From NCBI GenBank assembly GCA_004557855.1, contig SFFJ01000007.1:1933-65932 (forward strand): a DNA stretch of 64,000 nt. The letters run 5' to 3'. Position numbers and translations under genes: made by a program. The DNA comes from Oscillospiraceae bacterium (GTDB taxonomy: Bacteria > Bacillota > Clostridia > Oscillospirales > Ruminococcaceae). Below the pieces are notes generated by a model. That model was not told the DNA's origin, made no database searches, and saw only the letters and a list, made by a program, of their open reading frames with translations. Shown piece by piece: positions 50,034-59,055 of the stretch; the first letter of the stretch is position 1; every line of letters begins with the position of its first letter.

Positions 50034-50261
50034 ATGGAGGTCTGGCTTATTCTGGGGGCGGCAGCCCTGCTTACGCTGCTGGTACGGTGGCGGCACGCCC
50101 TGCGGGGCTGGCTGCTTTCCGCCGCCGGGGGATTGGCAGTGCTGCTCTCGGTGGGTGCGGCGGGCGCCCTGCTCCCCGTCAACCTGTTCACCGTAGCAAC
50201 CTGCACCCTTTTGGGCCTGCCGGGCGCCGTCAGTCTGCTGGTGTGCAACCTGCTGTGGTAG
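50034..50261 (+). CDS. bofA: BofA-family sigma-K processing regulatory protein
   Basis: 75 aa with two TM segments. LPVNLFTVATCTLLGLPGAVSLLV resembles the BofA C-terminal region (VPINLVTTAISGILGIPGIAALVV, recalled from memory). Confidence 0.55.
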   Translation: MEVWLILGAAALLTLLVRWRHALRGWLLSAAGGLAVLLSVGAAGALLPVNLFTVATCTLLGLPGAVSLLVCNLLW

Positions 50262-50481
50262 CCCCTGCAAACCGCAAAATACGGCCGCAGTCCCGCCCGG
50301 GCTTCGCCCGGGCTCGCCGCCCCCTGCGGGGGCGGCGCCGATGCTCCGCATCGGGGGCCTGCGGCCGTCCCGCACCCCCGCACCCCCGCAGACCGCCCCG
50401 CACCCTTCGCATCCCTGCCGCCCCAAAAGAAAAATGCCACCCGCTTTCCCACGGACGACACTTTTCTTTCGGGGCGCCGGC

Positions 50482-50937
50482 TTACAGCACCCTTCCGCCG
50501 ATTAAGTAATCCTCCACCACCTCAAGCAGTTGGCAGGGGTCCAGCTCACCCTGCTGCATCATCGCAGCTAACGCCTTGGCCTGCACGGCGCTGTCGGTCA
50601 CATCGGATACAGCCTGTAGCTGCAGCCATCCGTCGCCGGAAAGAAGCTGCTCGCACAGGATCCCGTAGGAGCAGTAGCGCCCTAATACAGGGTCAGTATG
50701 CCATTCTTCGCAGGCACGGTAACGGATGACCGGATTCTCGGTTTCAGTTACTCTTTCCTGGTTGCACAAGGGTAGGGTTCCTCCTCTTTTAGACTTCAGG
50801 CCGGCCCCTGTACTCTCCACACAGGTAAATCGGCCCATGTAGATTTTACCACATCTTCCACTATGTGGCATAACAAATAATCCCCCGTTCTCCTCATCAT
50901 CCTGCCAATTTCCTGTCGAATTAGGTCGAAATCTCAT
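50482..50937 (-). CDS. hypothetical Cys-rich protein
   Basis: Proposed start MRFRPN at 50937 after RBS AAAGAGGGA. The 5' half is lower-GC. No family recognised. Confidence 0.35.
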   Translation of the reverse strand: MRFRPNSTGNWQDDEENGGLFVMPHSGRCGKIYMGRFTCVESTGAGLKSKRGGTLPLCNQERVTETENPVIRYRACEEWHTDPVLGRYCSYGILCEQLLSGDGWLQLQAVSDVTDSAVQAKALAAMMQQGELDPCQLLEVVEDYLIGGRVL

Positions 50938-51096
50938 AAGATCCCTCTTTCCCGCGTTAATATTCCGTCCAGATTCGCTGCTTTTCACAAAACTGCCCCC
51001 GTTCTTTTGGCACACGATTTCAAAAAAATTCGCTCTTATCGTTTCAATCCCCATTCCCGCCGCCCCGCTTCGCCAATATTTCCCTATCCCGGCCGC

Positions 51097-51178
51097 AGCA
51101 AACCGCAGCCGTAGGGCGCAGCCCAAACCGCCCTGCGGGCGGTTTTCAGCGGCGCTGCCGCGCCGCCGGGGCTGCCCC
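51097..51178. repeat. same GC-rich repeat family, copy D (shorter)
   Basis: gcaaaccgcagccgtagggcgcagcccaaaccgccctgcgggcggttttcagcggcgctgccgcgccgccggggctgcccc. Confidence 0.65.
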
Positions 51179-51258
51179 CTGCGTCCCCCAAAAAGCCGCA
51201 AAAAAACACCGGCCCGGCCCCATACGGGCGCCCGGCCGGCATCCTCGGCAGCGTCAGG

Positions 51259-51377
51259 TTAGTCGCAGCGATTTTCAGCCTCCGGCTTTTCGCTGCGGTT
51301 CTCGCCCTGCTTCTGCTGGCTGTTCCGACTCTCGTTCCGATTGTCGTTTTTGGCATTGTTCTGGGAATTTTTGCTCA
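51259..51377 (-). CDS. possible 39-aa hydrophilic small protein (MSKNSQNNAKNDNRNESRNSQQKQGENRSEKPEAENRCD)
   Basis: Below the track's size cutoff. A GTG start follows a strong RBS AAAGGAGGTG on the minus strand. Composition resembles minor small acid-soluble spore proteins. Purely sequence-based. Confidence 0.3.
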
Positions 51378-51650
51378 CGGTTTTCACCTCCTTTTCAGGG
51401 AATAGTATGCGCATGCCGCAGCCCCCTTATACCAAAGAATAGGGAAGACCTGCCGCCCGGCAAAATCCCGCCCGCCCCATTTCATTCCGGTAAATAGGGA
51501 AGACCCCCGCAATCCCCGCTGTCTTGCGAAATTCCCCACCCGCAAAGCCCCGTTTTCGATCTCCTCCCCGCCGGCTTCGACTGTAAAAAACCCCGCAAAA
51601 CATCTCGAAAAATTCTCCGCAAAAAATCCCTAAAAATTTTCGGTTTGTGC

Positions 51651-51702
51651 TTGACAATTCCCAAATGCGTGCTATAATGAAATTACAAAAATGATAATCA
51701 TT
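51651..51702 (+). promoter_or_regulatory. promoter of the reverse-rubrerythrin gene with an overlapping Fur/PerR-type box
   Basis: TTGACA at 51651-51656, TATAAT at 51673-51678. Immediately downstream is AATGATAATCATT (51690-51702), a perfect 6-1-6 palindrome matching the core of the Fur-box consensus GATAATGATAATCATTATC. Confidence 0.45.
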
Positions 51703-51723
51703 ACTGAAAAGGAGATTTTCACT

Positions 51724-52269
51724 ATGGCTAAATATGTTTGCACTGTCTGCGGTTATGTCCATGAGGGCGACTCTGCCCCCGAATTCTGCCCCGTCTGCAA
51801 GGCGCCCGCCTCCAAGTTCAAAAAGGTAGAGGGCGAAATGGCTTGGGCCGCCGAGCATGTAGTCGGTGTTGCGCAGGGCTGCGACCCCGAGATCCTGCAG
51901 GGCCTGCGTGATAACTTCAACGGCGAGTGCTGCGAGGTCGGTATGTATCTGGCCATGGCCCGCGTTGCCCACCGTGAGGGCTATCCCGAGATCGGCCTGT
52001 ACTGGGAGAAGGCCGCATGGGAGGAGGCCGAGCACGCCGCCAAGTTTGCGGAGCTGCTGGGCGAGGTCGTCACCGACTCCACCAAGAAGAACCTGGAGAT
52101 GCGTGTAGAAGCCGAAAACGGCGCTACCATGGGCAAGACCGAGTTGGCCAAGAAGGCCAAGGCGCTCAACCTCGATGCCATCCACGATACCGTGCATGAA
52201 ATGGCCCGCGACGAAGCCCGCCACGGCAAAGCCTTTGCCGGCCTGCTGTCCCGCTATTTCGGCAAATAA
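51724..52269 (+). CDS. reverse rubrerythrin (N-terminal rubredoxin-like domain plus diiron ferritin-like domain)
   Basis: CTVCGY...CPVCK at the N-terminus followed by E..H diiron motifs ([24 protein letters not shown]). RBS AAAAGGAGA. Confidence 0.8.
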   Translation: MAKYVCTVCGYVHEGDSAPEFCPVCKAPASKFKKVEGEMAWAAEHVVGVAQGCDPEILQGLRDNFNGECCEVGMYLAMARVAHREGYPEIGLYWEKAAWEEAEHAAKFAELLGEVVTDSTKKNLEMRVEAENGATMGKTELAKKAKALNLDAIHDTVHEMARDEARHGKAFAGLLSRYFGK

Positions 52270-52377
52270 TCAAACCGCAAATTTAGAGAGAATGTAGAAA
52301 GTCCCCGGCGTAAAACCGGGGGCTTTTTGCATCCCCCATTCCCGCATTTTTCGGGGAGCTGTTTTCCCGCTGACCCG

Positions 52378-52486
52378 GCCCCCTGCAAACCGCAGCCATA
52401 GGGCGCAGCCCAAACCGCCCTGCGGGCGGTTTTCAGCGGCCTGCGGCCGCCGCGGCGGCGCTGCCGCGCCGCCGGGGCTGCGCCCC
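52378..52486. repeat. same GC-rich repeat family, copy E
   Basis: cccctgcaaaccgcagccatagggcgcagcccaaaccgccctgcgggcggttttcagcggcctgcggccgccgcggcggcgctgccgcgccgccggggctgcgcccc. Confidence 0.7.
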
Positions 52487-52556
52487 AAACCCATCCCTCC
52501 CCGCATCCCTCTATCCACCTGCAAAACACACCCTCCCCATCGCCTTCCTATCCCGG

Positions 52557-52686
52557 CCCCCTGCAAACCGCAGCCATAGGGCGCAGCCCAAACCGCCCTG
52601 CGGGCGGTTTTCAGCGGCCTGCGGCCGCTGCGGCGGCGCTGCCGCGCCGCCGGGGCTGCGCCCCAAGCTCGCCGGGGCTGCGCCCC
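52557..52686. repeat. same GC-rich repeat family, copy F
   Basis: Near-identical to copy E, with a short terminal duplication of gccggggctgcgcccc. Confidence 0.7.
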
Positions 52687-52766
52687 CTCCAAGGCCCGCC
52701 CCCCAAACGCCGCCCCCGCCCTTTGTCATCCCATCGAAAAACCAACGGGATAACGGGAATATGCTT

Positions 52767-52781
52767 TGTGGACTTATCACA
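52767..52781. promoter_or_regulatory. Crp/Fnr-type binding site TGTGG-N6-TCACA upstream of arcC
   Basis: tgtggacttatcaca lies ~155 bp upstream of the carbamate kinase start. It is of the same class as ArcR/Crp sites (TGTGA-N6-TCACA). Confidence 0.4.
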
Positions 52782-52936
52782 ATACAAAAAATTGTTTTCA
52801 AAAAAATTCTGCTAAACTCTTTACAAAATACCCCCCATTTGCTATGATAATTCTGTATTCAACCCCCGAAATTTCGCTTTTTTGGGGATTTACACCGGAA
52901 AGACCATAGAAAAAACATACAAAAGGAGAAACCGCT

Positions 52937-53863
52937 ATGTCCAGAATTGTTATCGCCCTCGGCGGCAACGCCCTCGGCAACACCCCCTATGAGCAGCTCG
53001 AGCTCGTGACCGAGACCGCAAAGCCCATCGTTGACCTCATCGAGGCCGGCAACGAAGTCATCATCGCCCACGGCAACGGCCCCCAGGTCGGCATGATCAA
53101 CCTCGCCATGAGCGCAGCCGCCGAAGCCGGCGCCGTTAAGAGCGATATGCCCTTCCCCGAGTGCGGCGCTATGTCCCAGGGTTATATCGGCTACCACCTG
53201 CAGAACGCCATCGGCAACGAGCTGGCCAAGCGCGGCATCAATAAGCCGGTAGCCACCATCGTTACCCAGGTCCTCGTCGATGAGAACGACGGCGCTTTCC
53301 AGAAGCCCACCAAGCCCATCGGCGCCTTCTACACCAAGGAGCAGGCCGATGAGATCGCCGCCACCAAGGGCTTTACCATGGTAGAGGATGCCGGCCGCGG
53401 CTATCGCCGTGTCGTTCCGTCCCCCAAGCCCGTTGACGTTGTCGAGAAGGACGTTGTAGAGGCCGTTGTCGATTCCGGCGCCGTAGTCATCACCGTAGGC
53501 GGCGGCGGTATCCCCGTTATCAAAAAGGACGGCAAGCTGGTAGGCGTTCCCGCCGTTATCGATAAGGACTTCGCCTCCTCCAAGATTGCCGAGCTGCTGC
53601 ACGCCGATGCCCTGTTCATCCTCACCGCCGTTGATCGTGTTGCCATCAATTGGGGCAAGCCCGACCAGAAGAGCCTCGAGGAGATGAGCATCGCCGAGGC
53701 CGAGAAGTACATCGGTGAAAACCAGTTCGCTCCCGGCTCCATGCTGCCCAAGGTTCAGGCTGCCATCGCCTTTGCCCAGTCCGGCGGCCGTGCCATCATC
53801 GCCGACCTGCACAATGCAGCGCTGGCCCTGGAAGGCAAATCCGGCACCGCCATCCACAAATAA
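52937..53863 (+). CDS. arcC: carbamate kinase
   Basis: MSRIVIALGGNALG and HGNGPQVG motifs. 308 aa. Confidence 0.85.
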   Translation: MSRIVIALGGNALGNTPYEQLELVTETAKPIVDLIEAGNEVIIAHGNGPQVGMINLAMSAAAEAGAVKSDMPFPECGAMSQGYIGYHLQNAIGNELAKRGINKPVATIVTQVLVDENDGAFQKPTKPIGAFYTKEQADEIAATKGFTMVEDAGRGYRRVVPSPKPVDVVEKDVVEAVVDSGAVVITVGGGGIPVIKKDGKLVGVPAVIDKDFASSKIAELLHADALFILTAVDRVAINWGKPDQKSLEEMSIAEAEKYIGENQFAPGSMLPKVQAAIAFAQSGGRAIIADLHNAALALEGKSGTAIHK

Positions 53864-54261
53864 TCCCCACCCGCCCTTCCGGCGCCCGCCCGCATCCCGC
53901 GGCCGGGCGCCTTTTGCATCCCCCGGCACCCTTTCACCCCCCGCCGGTTGCCTGCCGCTTCCACTCCGCCGCCCTGCACACACCTGCTACCGGCACCGCC
54001 ATCCACAAATAATCCCCACCCGCCCTTCCGGCGCCCGCCCGCATCCGCGGCCGGGCGCCTTTTGCATCCCCCGGCACCCTTTTCCCCCCGCCGGTTGCCT
54101 GCCGCCTGCTTTTGTGGTAGAATATCTGCAAACCGCACCGTCGGGGGCGCGCGGCCGGGCTCCGCCCGGCCTGCGGGGGCGGCCTGCGGCCGCCCCCGTC
54201 CCCCGTGCCTGCGGCACGGGGGCGCGCCCCCGCCCTACCCCCTGCATAAAGGAGACTTCCC

Positions 54262-54801
54262 ATGCACCTTTTCCTCACCGGCCCCATCCGCATCGGCAAA
54301 ACCACCGTCGTGGATAAAACCATCGACCTGTTGGGCGTTACCCCCGGCGGCTTTCGTTCCTACTTCGGCCCGGATCGCCCCCTGCCCGAGCACTTCCTCT
54401 ATATGAGCAGCGCCGACGCCCCCCGCAGCTGCACCCCGCAGCACGCCATCGTGGCATTCCGGGCGCAGCCGAACGGTGACCCGCAGTGCACCGTCCTGCC
54501 CCGCTTCGAGGAGCTGGGGCTCGCCTGCCTGCAAACCGCCCCCGCCCGCCCCCTCATCGTGCTGGATGAATGCGGCCGGCTGGAGCAAAAGCTCCCCCGC
54601 TTCCGGGCAAGGGTGCTGGAACTGCTGGATGGCGATACCCCCATCCTCGGTGTCATCCGGCAGGATGCCTCCGGCTGGCTGGAGGATATCCGCCGCCACC
54701 CCGGGGTGCGGCTCGTTACCGTCACCCTGCAAAACCGGGATACCCTGCCGCAGCAGCTTGCGGAATATTACCGCCCCATCATCAACCCTACCAAGGAGTA
54801 A
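54262..54801 (+). CDS. P-loop NTPase (THEP1/NTPase_1-like)
   Basis: The Walker A motif GPIRIGKTT sits at the extreme N-terminus. ~180 aa. Confidence 0.55.
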   Translation: MHLFLTGPIRIGKTTVVDKTIDLLGVTPGGFRSYFGPDRPLPEHFLYMSSADAPRSCTPQHAIVAFRAQPNGDPQCTVLPRFEELGLACLQTAPARPLIVLDECGRLEQKLPRFRARVLELLDGDTPILGVIRQDASGWLEDIRRHPGVRLVTVTLQNRDTLPQQLAEYYRPIINPTKE

Positions 54802-54808
54802 CCGTAAA

Positions 54809-55390
54809 ATGAAACCCCGGAATACCCCCCTCAAAAACCTGCTTCTCGCCGCAATGTTTTTAGCCATCGGCCTGGTGCTGCCCTTCTTCACCGGCCAAAT
54901 CAAGGAAATCGGCAATATGCTGCTGCCCATGCACCTGCCGGTCTTTCTCTGCACCCTCATCTGCGGCTGGCAGTACGGCACCGCCGTCGGCTTCATCATG
55001 CCCATCCTGCGGTTCGCCCTGTTTTTCATGCCCCGTATGCCCGGCGCCCTTGCCATGGCCTTTGAAATGGCGACCTACGCCTTTGCGGCGGGCTTCCTTT
55101 ACAGCCGGGCGCACTGGCAGTGCACCCGTATGCTGTACCGCTGCCTGATCGCCGCAATGCTGGCCGGGCGTGTGGTTTGGGCGGCCGCCATGACCATCCT
55201 GTTGGGACTTTCCGGCAGCGCCTTCACCTGGAAAATGTTCCTCTCCGGTGCCTTCCTCAATGCCATCCCCGGCATCATCCTGCAGCTGGTTCTCATCCCC
55301 GCCATTATGGTGGCGCTGGACCGCGCCAAATTGGTGCCGTTCCGCAAGGCGGAGGAGCAGACATCTGCCAGACAGGAAAAAACGGTATGA
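54809..55390 (+). CDS. ECF-transporter S component-like membrane protein
   Basis: ~190 aa with 5-6 TM helices. Substrate unknown. Confidence 0.5.
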   Translation: MKPRNTPLKNLLLAAMFLAIGLVLPFFTGQIKEIGNMLLPMHLPVFLCTLICGWQYGTAVGFIMPILRFALFFMPRMPGALAMAFEMATYAFAAGFLYSRAHWQCTRMLYRCLIAAMLAGRVVWAAAMTILLGLSGSAFTWKMFLSGAFLNAIPGIILQLVLIPAIMVALDRAKLVPFRKAEEQTSARQEKTV

Positions 55391-56466
55391 TGTACGATGT
55401 CGCCGTCATCGGCGGAGGACCCGCCGCCGCGACCTTTGCCCGCCGGTATCTTTCCAAATGCCCGGCGGCTTCGCTGCTGTTGCTTAACGGGCAGAGAGAA
55501 CTGAATAAAAAACCCTGCGGCGGGCTGCTGGCGCCCGATTCCCAAAAGGCGCTGGCGCATTTCGATCTCACGCTTCCCAAGGAGGTGCTGGTCGATCCGC
55601 AGATCTTCACAGTGCAGACCATTGATCTGGTCAGCCGGCAGGTGCGCTATTACCAGCGCTACTACCTCAATATGGACCGCTATGCCTTTGACCGCTGGCT
55701 GTTATCGCTTATCCCGCCGCAGGCGGAGATTCTCTCCGGTCGCTGTACGGCAGTCACCCGCACGGGGGAGGGCTTTCTCCTCACCGCTGCGGTCGATGGG
55801 GAGGAGCGGCAGTTTGCTGCGCGCCGTATCGTCGGTGCGGAGGGTGCCGTCTCTCTGGTGCGCCGCACCTTTTATCGGGAGCCAAAGACCCGCTACACCG
55901 CCATTCAGCAGTGGTTCGCGGCAGGGGAGGAACGAGCGCCGTTCTATTCCTGCATCTTCGATCCCGCTACCAGCGAAAGCTGTTCGTGGATCATTCGCAA
56001 AGACGATGCCCTCATCTTCGGCGGCTGCTTTACTGCCGAGGGCAGCAGGGAAGCCTTTGAACGCCAAAAGCGGCGTCTGGAGCAGTATCTCGGTCGTCCG
56101 CTGGGACAGCCCGTAAAGACCGAAGCCTGCCTTGCGGTGCGTCCGCGCGGCTTTGCGGATTTTATTACAGGGCGTGACGGCGCGTATCTCATCGGGGAGG
56201 CGGCGGGCTTCATCAGCGCCAGCTCCTTCGAGGGGATCAGCAGCGCGATCCGCAGCGGCAGCGCTCTGGCGGAAGCGATGGCTGAAGCCGCCGATGATAA
56301 TACGCTTACCTGTCTCTATCGACGGAAAACGGCGTCGCTGCGGCTCAAGCTATGGCTCAAGACCCTCAAGCGCTGGTTCATGTACACCCCATGGGTGCGC
56401 CGCATCATCATGGGGCTGGGGCTTGCTGCGATCTCGGTCGAGCAGGAAAGGCGGATAACGCAATAG
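55387..56466 (+). CDS. FAD-dependent oxidoreductase (geranylgeranyl-reductase/halogenase-like fold)
   Basis: The N-terminal dinucleotide motif DVAVIGGGPAAATFA. The start codon overlaps the stop of the preceding membrane-protein gene. Confidence 0.6.
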   Translation: MMYDVAVIGGGPAAATFARRYLSKCPAASLLLLNGQRELNKKPCGGLLAPDSQKALAHFDLTLPKEVLVDPQIFTVQTIDLVSRQVRYYQRYYLNMDRYAFDRWLLSLIPPQAEILSGRCTAVTRTGEGFLLTAAVDGEERQFAARRIVGAEGAVSLVRRTFYREPKTRYTAIQQWFAAGEERAPFYSCIFDPATSESCSWIIRKDDALIFGGCFTAEGSREAFERQKRRLEQYLGRPLGQPVKTEACLAVRPRGFADFITGRDGAYLIGEAAGFISASSFEGISSAIRSGSALAEAMAEAADDNTLTCLYRRKTASLRLKLWLKTLKRWFMYTPWVRRIIMGLGLAAISVEQERRITQ

Positions 56467-56532
56467 ATATAGCAAAACCCCTCCGCATCTCGGCGGAGGG
56501 GCGCATTTTCGCAGAATATAGGGGTTTTCGGC

Positions 56533-57249
56533 TTATTCCTCGGGCTTTTTCTCGTCCTCGGCGGCCGGCTCGGGAACGGAGTTGGCGGCCGGCTCGGGAA
56601 CGGAGTCGGGGGCCGGTTCCTCGGGGATATCGTCGGTGCTCACCGCATCCACCACCACATCGGCGGTGGCGCCCGCAGCGGAGGCCACCGCATTCACGGC
56701 GGCAGCGGCCACCTTCTTCAGCGCCCGCAGATGCTGCCAGACCACAAAGGCGTTAAACAGGTTGATCACGCCATCCGCCAGCATACAAATGCCGATAAAG
56801 GTGATCAGCACCTGCGCCGACTGGAACGGGTTCAGCAGAATGACAACGCCCAAAGCGATCATCAGCACCGCCAGCAGCAGCAAAATGCCCCACTTTTCGT
56901 AGCCGTCCTTTTTGATATCGATGGAAGCCTGCAGCTTCACAACGCCGTCAAAAATGAGGTAAAGTCCCAGAATAAAGGGCAAAATGGAGGCGAACAGCTC
57001 CGGCTTTACAAAAAAGCAGATGCCCAGCGCCAGCGCCACAATGCCCACCATCAGCGAAAGGGTGGAATAGCGTTCATCCCGGTGGGAAATAAAGCGGTAA
57101 ACCTGCCACAGACCATAGGCCGCAGTCACACCGCCCAGTACATAGCAAAAGACGTTGATGGAGGTGGCGGGCCAAATGATGAGCGCAACGCCCAGCGCCA
57201 CATAACAGATGGCAGAAAGGATAAAATTCAGTACAAATTTTTTCGTCAC
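56533..57249 (-). CDS. HdeD/DUF308-family membrane protein
   Basis: Six TM helices. The acidic, proline-rich C-terminal tail is encoded by a 23-bp x2 tandem repeat (56568-56620). Confidence 0.6.
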   Translation of the reverse strand: MTKKFVLNFILSAICYVALGVALIIWPATSINVFCYVLGGVTAAYGLWQVYRFISHRDERYSTLSLMVGIVALALGICFFVKPELFASILPFILGLYLIFDGVVKLQASIDIKKDGYEKWGILLLLAVLMIALGVVILLNPFQSAQVLITFIGICMLADGVINLFNAFVVWQHLRALKKVAAAAVNAVASAAGATADVVVDAVSTDDIPEEPAPDSVPEPAANSVPEPAAEDEKKPEE

Positions 57250-57696
57250 GGTAGTAACCTCCCTTAAAATGTTGGGGTACGGTTGGGGGAGAACGGTTCC
57301 GGCCGTTCTCTGCTAATTTCATTATAGCACACCCGTCGTGAGGTGAAAAGCCCCTTTTTACGGACTTTGTCCCGTCCCGCCCCCGTAAAACGCCGGAAAC
57401 CCCGCCCTTCCCGCCTGTTTTTCCGTGCAGGCCGCAGGCTTTCCCCCCGCAGCGGATACGGGCCGCAGGCCGCCCCGGCTTCGCCGGGGCCGGCGGGCTC
57501 CGCCCGCCGAAGCCGTCCTGCGGACGGCTTGGCCTGCGGCCCTCCGCCCCCCGCACAGGCCCCCCGAAAGCCGCAAACCCAGCCCCCGCAGCCCCGCACA
57601 AACTCCCCCCAAAGCCGCAAGCCCGTGATTTTACCGCAAAACCAAACCGCCCGTTCTTCCCCTAAATCAAGAAAAAAAAGAAAGAAAAACCGTGAT

Positions 57697-58371
57697 TTAC
57701 GGCCATTCCTCCGTCGGTACCAGCAGGGTGATCACCGCAGCCCTTTTCCGGTCGAAATCCAAAAGCCCCTCCCGCCGCAGGCCGCCCAGCACCCGCGAAA
57801 GGGCGCTGCGGTCCGCCCCCAAATAGTAGGCCAGCCCCTCCCGGTCAAACGGCAGCCGCACGGTAGAACTGCCCTGCGCCCGGCTTTCCATCTGTAAATA
57901 GTACTGCAAACGTTCCCGCAGGGTGGGCTGCGAAAGGCAGATCAGCCGCCGCTGCAGCGAAAAATACGCCCCGGAAAGCTGCTTGGAAAGATTGCCCAAA
58001 AGCCGCGAAAATGCAGGCCCCGTGCCGTTAAACAGCTGCTTCGTCGGGATCCACAGGATGCGGCAGGGGGCGCAGGCCATCACCGTTACAGGGCTTTCCC
58101 GGTCGCCGTCCAGCGCCAAAAGCTGCCCGAAAAGCTCCCCGCGGGTCAGGCGGCTTTGCAGCAGCTGGCGGCCCTGCGGCAGCGGCAAAATGGCGTATAA
58201 AACGCCCTCCAGTACCAGCCCCATGCGCACGGTGGAGCACCCGGCAGCCAACACGATCTGCCCGGGCTGATAGGCTTGCTCGACGGCCTGCAGGCGGGCA
58301 AGCTCCCCGGCGATCTCGGCTTCCGTCAGACCCTCGAAGAGGGGGCAGAGGGGATATTTTTTCTCCGGCAT
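57697..58371 (-). CDS. Crp/Fnr-family transcriptional regulator
   Basis: N-terminal cNMP-binding-like domain and a C-terminal HTH (RERLQYYL...GADRSALSRVLGGLRREGLL). RBS GGGAGA before ATG 58371. Confidence 0.75.
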   Translation of the reverse strand: MPEKKYPLCPLFEGLTEAEIAGELARLQAVEQAYQPGQIVLAAGCSTVRMGLVLEGVLYAILPLPQGRQLLQSRLTRGELFGQLLALDGDRESPVTVMACAPCRILWIPTKQLFNGTGPAFSRLLGNLSKQLSGAYFSLQRRLICLSQPTLRERLQYYLQMESRAQGSSTVRLPFDREGLAYYLGADRSALSRVLGGLRREGLLDFDRKRAAVITLLVPTEEWP

Positions 58372-58500
58372 GATGTGGTTTTCTCCCTTCATTTTGTTGC
58401 GGATGCAACATACTTTTCCCCTTGAATATACTATAATATGACCGAAAGTGCAAGTAAACCCGCAAATATGCGATAAAACCCATAAGCAAAGGAGAACACA

Positions 58501-59055
58501 ATGTCTAAAACCATAAGCAATTCTAATGGCAGCACCGGCCTGAAAACGCTCTGCCGCACCGCCATCTTCCTGGCGCTGCTCATCGCGGTGCAGTTCGTCA
58601 CCCGTTCCATGGGGCAGTATGTCACCGGCTCCCTCGTCAACCTCGTGCTCATCGCCGCCGCCCTGATGTGCGGTCTGTGGGGCGGGCTGGCGGTTGCGGT
58701 GCTGTCCCCGTTCTGCGCCTTCCTCATCGGCATCGGCCCCGCTTTTCCGCAAATCGTCCCGGCGGTGGCGCTGGGAAATGCCGTATTGGTGGTGCTTTGG
58801 TCGCTGCTCGCCGGCAAAAAGGACGCTGCCGTGGGGCGGTATCTGTGCGCCCTTGCGGTGGCGGCTGTCGCCAAATTTTTGACCCTTTACCTTGTCATCG
58901 TCAAGTGGCTGGTGCCGATGGTGCTGACCCTGAACGAGAAGCAGACCGCGGTGCTTTCGGCCAGTTTTTCCTTCCCGCAGCTGATAACGGCGGCGGTGGG
59001 CGGTGTGCTGGCGGTGCTGCTGGTGCCGCCGCTGCGCCGCGCCCTGAAGGTGTGA
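58501..59055 (+). CDS. ECF-transporter S component-like membrane protein (second copy)
   Basis: 184 aa with six TM helices. A promoter with -10 TATAAT lies upstream. Confidence 0.5.
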   Translation: MSKTISNSNGSTGLKTLCRTAIFLALLIAVQFVTRSMGQYVTGSLVNLVLIAAALMCGLWGGLAVAVLSPFCAFLIGIGPAFPQIVPAVALGNAVLVVLWSLLAGKKDAAVGRYLCALAVAAVAKFLTLYLVIVKWLVPMVLTLNEKQTAVLSASFSFPQLITAAVGGVLAVLLVPPLRRALKV

